Below are positions 34,801-47,300 of a stretch of 64,000 nucleotides of DNA, one piece after another. The position numbers and the translations under genes are program-made. The notes under the pieces are model-generated. The model made no database searches. It worked only from the letters and a program-made list of their open reading frames with translations, and had not been told where the DNA came from. The first letter of the stretch is position 1. Every line of letters starts with the position of its first letter. Origin of the DNA: Callorhinchus milii (taxonomy: Eukaryota); assembly GCF_018977255.1 (NCBI RefSeq), contig NW_024704743.1:108068001-108132000 (forward strand), in the 5' to 3' direction.

Positions 34801-35569
34801 AGTCAGATACAGAAAATCTTTTATTCAAATAAGTTATCAAAGATGATTCCCAAATTGTGGCAACAAGAGTTCTGTGGGGACAAGATCATTATTACATTAA
34901 ATAAATACTTTGTGATGGTTTGTTTTTAAGGGAATTGTTTCTCAGATACTGGTTTTACTCCCAGCTAACTTGCAGTGTGCAGCTCACTCACCACAGCATG
35001 TGCTCAATCAAAGATTCGTATTGGAAATTTGTAACATGAGCTGGAGAAGTTCTCTCAGGATTCACAATGTAATTGTGAGATTCTTTCCCATCAGCTTGGC
35101 TCAGTTGCTGCTGTCCAAAAAATTAGCTGTCGTGTTGCCCACAAAATACACTGTCACGAGACTTCATAATATATCCTGTGAAGCACTTTGGAACGTCCTC
35201 CTGACATGAAAGTGCTATAAAAATGTAAGGATTATTAGTATATGTGGAGGTTGAAGGTACCAGCCAAGGAAGCAACAGAAAGAAAATGTGTGTGTGTGTG
35301 TGGTTGTGTGTGTGTTTAAGAGGGGGAGAGCAAAGAGCGAACATGGTGTGACTTCCAACAGAACTTCCTTTAACTGATATGTCATAGAAATAATGGGCAA
35401 GTCCCTTTACTGCACTGGAGAATTGAAAATAGAGAGATCAAACTGAAGCATTGTTCCTTAGCAAGTCTGCTTTTCTCGATTCCTGGCACAGCACAGGCAG
35501 ATTTCATTGTTACATTTGATATTACTGATATTACTGTGATAAGGGTTTTTAATGTGAGTAATTGCTAAT

Positions 35570-35760
35570 GGGATTTCTTTATAAGGAATTCGTCCTGGCT
35601 GGTGATCTACACTCCAGAAGTAGATCGAATGGGTCGTGGGTTGGCGTCAAATACCTTTGGGTCCTGGAAGCAATCTATATCTTATTAATGAAAGTGAAGA
35701 CATACCACAAATTAGACCTCAAGAGATAGAAACTGATGCTTTGCACTCCCTTTTCTGGTC
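35570..35760 (+). mobile_element. Possible ancient RTE-clade LINE fragment
   Basis: One frame reads TPEVDRMGRGLASNTFGSWK, resembling the RTE motif EV..RI..AS..FG.L. Confidence 0.35.
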
Positions 35761-36141
35761 TTTGACAGTGAATATGGCAGGTTGACCTCTCCTGTCAGGT
35801 CTGATAGTGTGAGCTGAGCATTTCTTGTGTTAATTAGCTCAAGAAATGGGTGTTGAGAACAACTGCAAATTGTACACCATTATTTACACTGTGCCCTGTC
35901 TAAAGGTGCATTTGCTGGAAATTTCATTGTTATTTTACAATACATATTGGGCAGAGTAATTGATATAGATGGGAAAAATGCAAGTCTTTCCGCCTATAGT
36001 ATTGAAGAAGCTATGAGAGATTTTAATTTTAGTAGACAAGAATACTGGATTTATGAGGTTACAGTGGGGAAATAGGGTGAGGGTAATGTCACATGCCCCA
36101 CCCCAACATGGGTGCAGATGCTTACATTTGTTTACTAATGG

Positions 36142-39100
36142 AATGTACTGGATGGGGATCAGGATGCTGTGAAAATCATTGCCACCGTATTGATTTTTCT
36201 TAGAGAGAAAGGAAGCATCTGGCCATTGGCGAGTGAAATTAACCAGAAGTGGGCAAGCTAATGTAGCTGACAAAGGCAGCGATTGAGTGCCGAGAGCCTG
36301 CTGGCGTTAGCACAGAAAGCAGGTGCGACTTGAACCCTTAATGTATTTTGCACCTGGGATAGCTAGATCAAAAATGCATAATGATTTTTTTTCAAGCATT
36401 TTGCGCCATAGCAACCTAGCACTAGTCGGATTATTTTCTTATTGTCTGATCAAGGGCTTTCGCCCCCACCAAAAAAAAAATTATACCCTTTATATCAGAA
36501 ATTGCTCTCTGAGAGATTAGTGGGCGCTGAATCCTTTTCTGTTCAGTTATCTCCATGAGACAGGCTTCTGGTGAATATATTAGCATCTTTGGCAGATCAG
36601 GAGTGAAACGTTTGTGGACTGAACTGTCACAAGCCCATTTTCATGAATTGTTCGAATCGTTTCCTACCACCAAAGTACAATGAATACAGAGACAATATAA
36701 TTGTTCTGATCATTCACATTATTCTTTTTGAAAGGAGTGAATGGCTTTGGATTTGTGACAGGACATATTGCTGGAGCTCCTCTGCTTTAGGCTGCTTTAC
36801 AACATATACATACTGCATTGCATGTGAGATCTGCATATTCGTCCTTTTAGCTATCCATAACAGCTCATAACAGCTATGAGCTTCTCGTTCTCTTTCCAAT
36901 GACTTTGGTCCTTTCCTGAAGACGGTGACAAATGCTGAGGTATCATTTCACAGGTGGCAGCAATGCTCTGCTACCTGCCCAAGTGTCTCTTCATGTGTGA
37001 GTCTCGGCAGCAAGCACCAGTTATTAGATTGTGCAAAGCATTGTAACCCAACCTGATCTTCACTTGGCAACTGTGTCTACGTATTTCCAGCAGAGGTTTA
37101 GTTGGATTGAGTTAGCTTGGAAGCCCTGGGCAATCATTCTAGCTCAAGACCATTCAGGCCTATTGTAGTGCCCCCATCTGGTTAGCATCCCCTCTCTTTG
37201 CACTGAAGACCTTTACTATTTCTGTGGTTCAGCACCATATCAAATGATGGAATTACCCTCCAAGCTCTGAGAAGAAACCTTTCACTTCAAAAAAAATCCA
37301 GGTTTACAGTAAAGAATGTTTATTGAAATAACAGGCCTTATCATCAGTACAGTTTTTTTTATTGTGTCCTTTATTTATTTCCCACTTATTGCCACCCCAA
37401 CATTTACTATTGTATATTGATGGCTGTATGATGGGACGCTTCCAGGTAACATTGTAAATCTGCTCAATAGAGATTTATGTCAAATTAAACACGCCATGAG
37501 TGTGAAGTGTGTTGGAAAAACAAATGCAGAGCCACAGAGGGATGTTGGCAATTTTGTTCCGGGAGCAATGTTACACTACATGAAACTCAACCCATTTCAT
37601 CAACCATATTCCAACTGCTGTTGCTAACAGTAATAATAACGAAAACATTTAGTTGAGCAATGTACGTGCCATTTCTTTAAAGAGGAAGTTTCATTATCAA
37701 CACCATTTTAACATCCCGAATTAATTAAGTTAAAATGAATAATGAGCATCCTTTTTGTAACATCCACCAAAATAATTATAAGTTTGATAGTAATTTTTTG
37801 TGATGTGCTTTAAGATGTTTTAATTTGACCTGCCCATCCTTTCCTTTGTTTCTATCTCTTTTACTTCTTTACATAATTAATGCTGATGACATTAGTGGAG
37901 ATGTGGATTGGAAGGGTTACTAAGCTTGACAGTACAAGGAAGATGAATTATTATCAACAGCAATAGATTCATCAACCTAAGGTGCTTTAAATTAATGGGG
38001 CATAGTGGGTTATGGTACAGTCTTTTTACCTTTGGGACCTGGGTTAGAATTGAGTGCAGGCTGATAGGGTGAACGTTTTCTCTCTGTGTTAACCTACCGG
38101 AGTCCAGACAGTCTCCATTCAGTCCTCAGTAGGGCTATGCCTAAGGCATCAACCTGGTCATATATTTGCATTAAATTGACATTCAGTTAGGCATAAAGAT
38201 GTCTGGTAGGGAAAGTATTCACAGTGGTGTAGGAGCGATGTTCCTCTTATGTTGGGGGATAAGGTTTGCTCTTGAAGTAAAACAGAAGCAGTTTCACCGG
38301 GCTTGATAGTGATTCTGGAGACCCAAGTAGAAAAGGGTTTCATTCCCCGGGATTAACATGGTTCACCTGATAAACACAAGAATATTTCCCACCTGATTAC
38401 ACTTTGCAATGGATATAATGTTGGAATCCGCTTTAGGCAGATGCCGGTTAACCTATCCTGTTAGTGCTGTTAATCACCTCTAAGATGCCTCTAACTGATC
38501 TGCTTCCCATCCAACGGGAGCATCAATGGGAGGGAGGAACGCTGGCGCTGGGCAGGAAAAGGTAAGAGATCTTCGGGAATTTCGGCCTCCGATCACCACC
38601 AGCAACAACAACAGAAATTCGGCATCCCCGATGTGTCCGGTTTAACAGGCTTCCACTGTAGTTCATTTCACATCAGGAGGACATTTGAAACTGCTTCACT
38701 GTAAAGTGCTGTGACTGTATATTTTGTAGGCATACATGGCAGCCAACAATGCACAACAATGTCCCATATACAGGTGTCATGAAGTGAATGGACATTTTTT
38801 TATGTGAGCTATTGTTGACCAGGCCAGGAGGAACTCCTTTCTCTTTTCAAATGATGTCATGGGATCTTTAACGTCCACCTTAATAGACATCCTGGACCGT
38901 GGTTTATCTTTTCATTCAAAGGATGGCACTTCTCACATTGCAGCATACGCCTAGTATTGCATTGGAGTGCTAGCCTAGACTGTGAATTTCAAGTCACAAA
39001 ATCGGGTTTAAACCCACAAATGCTGATTTAGAGGCAAGAGTGTTATTAACTATGCCAGGCTAATACCTATTTCATTTTCACCAACACTTTTTAGGAATTC

Positions 39101-40361
39101 CACTAAATATTGACAATGTCATCAGGATAAGAGAATCAAAAGAACAAATATTCCATTTTAAAGAAATACATTTTATTTATATTTCAGATATGACACTTCA
39201 TATGAAAAACAAAAATGTCTGAAAAAGGTGACAGTCCAACAGCCATATTAGCTCAGTTGGTTGTACGATGAAGTGGGATGCTCACTTATGGCTACTAATC
39301 CCAGTTGGGCTGCTCAGTTCTTTACCCTTTTCAGGTCAATAAGCGAGAGCACCTGGGTTCAATTCCTGGGCAGGGTGAAACGTGGGCAAGTTTTTATATG
39401 CACCCACCTCTGTTTACCTAGCAGTAAGTAGCAACCCAGCTGTTAGTTGATTGGTGGATCGCTTTCTGGGGTAATAATCCCTTTAAAAAAAATGAAAATA
39501 AATAATAATAATAATTTGGTCACTCAATCCACGTCTGTTTGTGGGACACTGCTGTGTGCAATTGACTGCGAGTTTCGACCACAAAATATACAATCAATTC
39601 ACTTTGCAGTATATTCTATGAAGCGCTTTGAGACATTTTGAAGATGCCGTAAGGTGCGATGTCAAATGCAAGGATCACTTTTTATTATAAACTGATCACG
39701 TCTTTAAAAAAATCCTACTCTGGTAACAAACTGGCTCCAAAAAATAGATAACAACCCGAACCATGGGGATGAGGAGTTACAATGCAGCATTGTATCAGCG
39801 TTCTAAAATAATTCATAAATAATAAATCCTGCAAGATGTGCATCAGCCCAACTTGGTGAAACGCTGCTCCATTATGCTTAGAATGAACTTGTATCAAAGC
39901 AGCTTGACACACATCTGGTTACCTGTACAATTCATTATTTATGAATTCTGTTGTGAATGCTGCATTTCAGAGCCTTTTTGTTGACCACCCAATCTATTGG
40001 GCTCATCAATCTTACTTGAGCTATAGACAAACACAACCTCAACCCTGAAACTTTGGTGGAGGATTTATAGACATATCCTCAACCAACGGCATAAACAATT
40101 TAGGGTGGGGGTGGAGATGAAGGAGAAAGAGTCCTAGATGGACAGATACTATGATTGTAAAATGATCATAATTATTAGCAGCTATGTTTCTAATTTCTGG
40201 AAGTCTCTTGTTCCACATTTTCCCCTCCTCCCACCACTCCTCCAGCAATGTTCCACAAGCAGCCATGGGGTAAATGAACAATTTTATCTGGGGGATTGTT
40301 GGCCAGGTCATGGGGAGAAATTCCCTTCATTTCTCAAGTCGTGCCATTGGATCTTTAATGT
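36142..40361 (+). repeat. Segmental repeat: extra middle copy of B1
   Basis: Matches 29419-33640 at offset 6723-6721; the differences I found are single-base indels. Confidence 0.97.
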
Positions 40362-41240
40362 AGGCGATCCCAAACATCACGCCCAACCCCCAAACAAACC
40401 TCACCCTTTGCCCAATTACCCTCCACAACTCACCCGGTCCGAATGCCCCTCTCTGCCCCCCTCCCTCACCCCAATGTTAGTTGCATTGATCCTTTGTTCC
40501 CACGAATCCCAGACCTCGAGCCCCTCCAATCCCCTCTCTTCCTACATAATCCCCAGTCCCCCCGTCCCTGTAAACCCCTCGATCCTCCAGGACCCGCACA
40601 AAGACCCTCCCGCAACAGTCCCGCCCGGATCCGACCGACCGACCGAGTCACGTTTGAGAAAATCCCACCAACTCGGTTCAACTTTGTGTGACCCAGTCCC
40701 TGACCCTACACCCCCCCCCCCTCCCCCCCCCTCCCCGCCGTCCCATTTCCTCACTGCACATCACAGCCTGTGCAGCGCCCGTGCGATCACAAAGCGATCA
40801 ACAGAGAGAGAGAGAGAGAGAGAGAGAGTGACGCCCGGACTGTTCATCCAGACTCTGCTCAGCGCTGCTCTGCGTGTTGTGCTGTGAGGTTTCACACAGC
40901 CTTTTCCCACCCTGTCCTCTCCTGTGCATCCTGTGCTGTGTGTATGGAGTGCCACTTCACACCAGCCTCTCCATCCAGCTCATAGACTCCTTGCTTCCCC
41001 TTTGGCCGGCGTGTGTGTGTCTGTGTGTGTGTAGGTGTGTGTAGGTGTGTGTGTGTCTGTGTGTGTGTGTGTGTCTGTGTGTGTGTAGGTGTGTGTGTGT
41101 GTCTGTGTGTGTGTGTGTAGTGTGTGTGGGTGTGTGTCTGTGTGTGTGTGTGTGTAGGTGTGTGTGTCTGGGTGTGTGTGTGTGGTGGGGGGGACACGGA
41201 TCCCATTGCCTTCTTCTCCCAGTACCTTGCCCTGGCTGAG
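40362..41240 (+). promoter_or_regulatory. Putative NKAIN promoter / 5' UTR (copy 2)
   Basis: Duplicate of 26923-27809. Confidence 0.55.
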
Positions 41241-41294
41241 ATGGGTTGCTGCACAGGTCGATGCACCTTAATATTTCTGTGTACTTTACAGCTG
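41241..41294 (+). CDS. NKAIN3: First coding exon of NKAIN-family gene (copy 2, identical)
   Basis: Same 54 nt encoding MGCCTGRCTLIFLCTLQL, donor gtgagt at 41295. Confidence 0.85.
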
Positions 41295-41360
41295 GTGAGT
41301 ATTAAACCTCCCTATTTATTGTACTTACTGACTGATACTGAGTAGCTGCGTTTGTATACA

Positions 41361-41395
<35 letters not shown>

Positions 41396-44300
41396 GCAAT
41401 CTGGGTGTGTTTGGGTGATAGTAATCAAGAGGGTACGTTGTGGCATACATGTGAAGTACTTTGCATTGACTGAACAAAAGGGAGAAAGCGAGTGGGCTGT
41501 TAGTTTTATTTGTTTGTTTGTTTGCTTGTTTGTCTGTCTGTTTGTTTATTTGTTTGTTGTTTGTTTGTTTGTTTGCTCAAACCTGCCTTCCTTTCGCTGG
41601 TTTGATTGCGCGTTCCCGAGCGAGTTGTGGGCACTTTTACTGCGTGATGTTGGGCGAGTTTCAGCAATAATGGAGCTGGGCATTGGCGCACAGTGTGGGT
41701 GACAGTGTAACTGTGTGGGGATGGATGCCCCACAAGGAAGCACAGTGCCCTAGTATTTTTTTTTTTGGGGGGGGGGGTATCTATCTATTCCCCTCCCGCA
41801 CCATTTCATTCTCACGATTAGTGTGTTATCCCACACCTCCCCACACACTCACACACTCATCACTCACTCCAGTCTTTGTTGCACTTCATCACGATTTGCC
41901 TCGTTGCTGTGTGTGTGTGTGTGGGGGGGGGGTGTGTGGGGGGAACACAGAGATTGTTTTCAATATAAAATAGGAATAAATCATGTTCTTCTACGATCTG
42001 AAGTTTGCGTTGGACATGGATCCGTTGCAGTTGGGGGTGGGGTTGGGGCTGGGGTGGGGGGTGGGGGGGTCACATTCAATTGCCTGAGCAATTGTGCTGC
42101 AAATCTCAAGTGTTTTTGTTTGTTTGTTTGTTTGATTGTGTGGTGCATTTCTCTGTCACTGAGTGGGATGCTTGGAATCCCTCTTCTGTAAAACGACTTA
42201 AGTGCCAATGACCAGCAACACGGTTTGGCCTTTGACCAAGTGTTTAAAGACCAGCGATGCCCATTCATTGCACAGTTGATCTTTTGAGATGAAAGAAGCG
42301 GATGACCCCCCCAACCCCCCAAAAAAACTAAAATTGTCTTTTAAAGATGAGTTGTGGTCATACATCGGATTTGGCTGTGCTATGTGTGTTTGAGTGTGTG
42401 TATGTGAGTGTATGTGTGTGTGAGTGTGTGTGTGTTTATGTGTGAATGTGTGTGTGAATGTATATATGTGTATGTGAGTATGTGTGTGTATATGAGTGTG
42501 TATATGAGTGTGTGTGTGAGTGTGTGTGTGCATATATGAGTGTGTGTATGTGTGTGTGTGAGTGAGTGTGTGTGTGTATATGTGTGTGTGTAGCATTGAA
42601 ACAGACTCTAATGTTTAACTTGCACTGAGATCCGAAATGACATGTATCTTTGCAGTGTTGATGGTGGCTAAGACTTTCAGCGCAGGTTTCTGAATGGATC
42701 GTAGGATTAAATATCCCTCTAAACAAAAAAACACAAGCCTACTAACAGAACAAGTGTTTGTTCCATTTGCAGAAAGGACCATTTTTTTGTTTAAAGGGGT
42801 GTGGGGGGGGGGGGAGAACCAGAAAACTGAGTATTAAAATGAAACAATTCCAATTCCAGCCTGCATAATGTACTGGATGGGGATCAGGATGCTGTGAAAA
42901 TCATTGCCACCGTATTGATTTTTCTTAGAGAGAAAGGAAGCATCTGGCCATTGGCGAGTGAAATTAACCAGAAGTGGGCAAGCTAATGTAGCTGACAAAG
43001 GCAGCGATTGAGTGCCGAGAGCCTGCTGGCGTTAGCACAGAAAGCAGGTGCGACTTGAACCCTTAATGTATTTTGCACCTGGGATAGCTAGATCAAAAAT
43101 GCATAATGATTTTTTTTCAAGCATTTTGCGCCATAGCAACCTAGCACTAGTCGGATTATTTTCTTATTGTCTGATCAAGGGCTTTCGCCCCCACCAAAAA
43201 AAAAATTATACCCTTTATATCAGAAATTGCTCTCTGAGAGATTAGTGGGCGCTGAATCCTTTTCTGTTCAGTTATCTCCATGAGACAGGCTTCTGGTGAA
43301 TATATTAGCATCTTTGGCAGATCAGGAGTGAAACGTTTGTGGACTGAACTGTCACAAGCCCATTTTCATGAATTGTTCGAATCGTTTCCTACCACCAAAG
43401 TACAATGAATACAGAGACAATATAATTGTTCTGATCATTCACATTATTCTTTTTGAAAGGAGTGAATGGCTTTGGATTTGTGACAGGACATATTGCTGGA
43501 GCTCCTCTGCTTTAGGCTGCTTTACAACATATACATACTGCATTGCATGTGAGATCTGCATATTCGTCCTTTTAGCTATCCATAACAGCTCATAACAGCT
43601 ATGAGCTTCTCGTTCTCTTTCCAATGACTTTGGTCCTTTCCTGAAGACGGTGACAAATGCTGAGGTATCATTTCACAGGTGGCAGCAATGCTCTGCTACC
43701 TGCCCAAGTGTCTCTTCATGTGTGAGTCTCGGCAGCAAGCACCAGTTATTAGATTGTGCAAAGCATTGTAACCCAACCTGATCTTCACTTGGCAACTGTG
43801 TCTACGTATTTCCAGCAGAGGTTTAGTTGGATTGAGTTAGCTTGGAAGCCCTGGGCAATCATTCTAGCTCAAGACCATTCAGGCCTATTGTAGTGCCCCC
43901 ATCTGGTTAGCATCCCCTCTCTTTGCACTGAAGACCTTTACTATTTCTGTGGTTCAGCACCATATCAAATGATGGAATTACCCTCCAAGCTCTGAGAAGA
44001 AACCTTTCACTTCAAAAAAAATCCAGGTTTACAGTAAAGAATGTTTATTGAAATAACAGGCCTTATCATCAGTACAGTTTTTTTTATTGTGTCCTTTATT
44101 TATTTCCCACTTATTGCCACCCCAACATTTACTATTGTATATTGATGGCTGTATGATGGGACGCTTCCAGGTAACATTGTAAATCTGCTCAATAGAGATT
44201 TATGTCAAATTAAACACGCCATGAGTGTGAAGTGTGTTGGAAAAACAAATGCAGAGCCACAGAGGGATGTTGGCAATTTTGTTCCGGGAGCAATGTTACA

Positions 44301-47300
44301 CTACATGAAACTCAACCCATTTCATCAACCATATTCCAACTGCTGTTGCTAACAGTAATAATAACGAAAACATTTAGTTGAGCAATGTACGTGCCATTTC
44401 TTTAAAGAGGAAGTTTCATTATCAACACCATTTTAACATCCCGAATTAATTAAGTTAAAATGAATAATGAGCATCCTTTTTGTAACATCCACCAAAATAA
44501 TTATAAGTTTGATAGTAATTTTTTGTGATGTGCTTTAAGATGTTTTAATTTGACCTGCCCATCCTTTCCTTTGTTTCTATCTCTTTTACTTCTTTACATA
44601 ATTAATGCTGATGACATTAGTGGAGATGTGGATTGGAAGGGTTACTAAGCTTGACAGTACAAGGAAGATGAATTATTATCAACAGCAATAGATTCATCAA
44701 CCTAAGGTGCTTTAAATTAATGGGGCATAGTGGGTTATGGTACAGTCTTTTTACCTTTGGGACCTGGGTTAGAATTGAGTGCAGGCTGATAGGGTGAACG
44801 TTTTCTCTCTGTGTTAACCTACCGGAGTCCAGACAGTCTCCATTCAGTCCTCAGTAGGGCTATGCCTAAGGCATCAACCTGGTCATATATTTGCATTAAA
44901 TTGACATTCAGTTAGGCATAAAGATGTCTGGTAGGGAAAGTATTCACAGTGGTGTAGGAGCGATGTTCCTCTTATGTTGGGGATAAGGTTTGCTCTTGAA
45001 GTAAAACAGAAGCAGTTTCACCGGGCTTGATAGTGATTCTGGAGACCCAAGTAGAAAAGGGTTTCATTCCCCGGGATTAACATGGTTCACCTGATAAACA
45101 CAAGAATATTTCCCACCTGATTACACTTTGCAATGGATATAATGTTGGAATCCGCTTTAGGCAGATGCCGGTTAACCTATCCTGTTAGTGCTGTTAATCA
45201 CCTCTAAGATGCCTCTAACTGATCTGCTTCCCATCCAACGGGAGCATCAATGGGAGGGAGGAACGCTGGCGCTGGGCAGGAAAAGGTAAGAGATCTTCGG
45301 GAATTTCGGCCTCCGATCACCACCAGCAACAACAACAGAAATTCGGCATCCCCGATGTGTCCGGTTTAACAGGCTTCCACTGTAGTTCATTTCACATCAG
45401 GAGGACATTTGAAACTGCTTCACTGTAAAGTGCTGTGACTGTATATTTTGTAGGCATACATGGCAGCCAACAATGCACAACAATGTCCCATATACAGGTG
45501 TCATGAAGTGAATGGACATTTTTTTATGTGAGCTATTGTTGACCAGGCCAGGAGGAACTCCTTTCTCTTTTCAAATGATGTCATGGGATCTTTAACGTCC
45601 ACCTTAATAGACATCCTGGACCGTGGTTTATCTTTTCATTCAAAGGATGGCACTTCTCACATTGCAGCATACGCCTAGTATTGCATTGGAGTGCTAGCCT
45701 AGACTGTGAATTTCAAGTCACAAAATCGGGTTTAAACCCACAAATGCTGATTTAGAGGCAAGAGTGTTATTAACTATGCCAGGCTAATACCTATTTCATT
45801 TTCACCAACACTTTTTAGGAATTCCACTAAATATTGACAATGTCATCAGGATAAGAGAATCAAAAGAACAAATATTCCATTTTAAAGAAATACATTTTAT
45901 TTATATTTCAGATATGACACTTCATATGAAAAACAAAAATGTCTGAAAAAGGTGACAGTCCAACAGCCATATTAGCTCAGTTGGTTGTACGATGAAGTGG
46001 GATGCTCACTTATGGCTACTAATCCCAGTTGGGCTGCTCAGTTCTTTACCCTTTTCAGGTCAATAAGCGAGAGCACCTGGGTTCAATTCCTGGGCAGGGT
46101 GAAACGTGGGCAAGTTTTTATATGCACCCACCTCTGTTTACCTAGCAGTAAGTAGCAACCCAGCTGTTAGTTGATTGGTGGATCGCTTTCTGGGGTAATA
46201 ATCCCTTTAAAAAAAATGAAAATAAATAATAATAATAATTTGGTCACTCAATCCACGTCTGTTTGTGGGACACTGCTGTGTGCAATTGACTGCCGAGTTT
46301 CGACCACAAAATATACAATCAATTCACTTTGCAGTATATTCTATGAAGCGCTTTGAGACATTTTGAAGATGCCGTAAGGTGCGATGTCAAATGCAAGGAT
46401 CACTTTTTATTATAAACTGATCACGTCTTTAAAAAAATCCTACTCTGGTAACAAACTGGCTCCAAAAAATAGATAACAACCCGAACCATGGGGATGAGGA
46501 GTTACAATGCAGCATTGTATCAGCGTTCTAAAATAATTCATAAATAATAAATCCTGCAAGATGTGCATCAGCCCAACTTGGTGAAACGCTGCTCCATTAT
46601 GCTTAGAATGAACTTGTATCAAAGCAGCTTGACACACATCTGGTTACCTGTACAATTCATTATTTATGAATTCTGTTGTGAATGCTGCATTTCAGAGCCT
46701 TTTTGTTGACCACCCAATCTATTGGGCTCATCAATCTTACTTGAGCTATAGACAAACACAACCTCAACCCTGAAACTTTGGTGGAGGATTTATAGACATA
46801 TCCTCAACCAACGGCATAAACAATTTAGGGTGGGGGTGGAGATGAAGGAGAAAGAGTCCTAGATGGACAGATACTATGATTGTAAAATGATCATAATTAT
46901 TAGCAGCTATGTTTCTAATTTCTGGAAGTCTCTTGTTCCACATTTTCCCCTCCTCCCACCACTCCTCCAGCAATGTTCCACAAGCAGCCATGGGGTAAAT
47001 GAACAATTTTATCTGGGGGATTGTTGGCCAGGTCATGGGGAGAAATTCCCTTCATTTCTCAAGTCGTGCCATTGGATCTTTAATGTTTACCTGAACAAAC
47101 AGATGTTGGTTTAACATCTCATCTGAAGGATGATACCTCGTACAGTGAATCCCTGAACGATGTACTGTAGGTTCAAACTCCCGATGTGCAGTTTGAAACC
47201 ACAACCTTCTGACTCAAAGACAAGAGTGGTACGAATTGAGTGAGGAGTGACACATCCCAGCAATTTGGGACTTTTTCCCAACGTAAAAAGGCAGTATATG

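Larger units (their letters stand above)
26923..36141 (+). repeat. Segmental repeat copy 1: A(26923-29418) B1(29419-33640) B2(33641-36141)
   Basis: Near-identical to 40362-49595; identical ORFs at offset about 13448. Confidence 0.97.

Noticed and set aside
40138..40887. 249-aa ORF suggesting a fusion gene
   Set aside because: It spans junction 2, joining SINE sequence to C-rich promoter DNA, has no domain, and the junction is probably artefactual.
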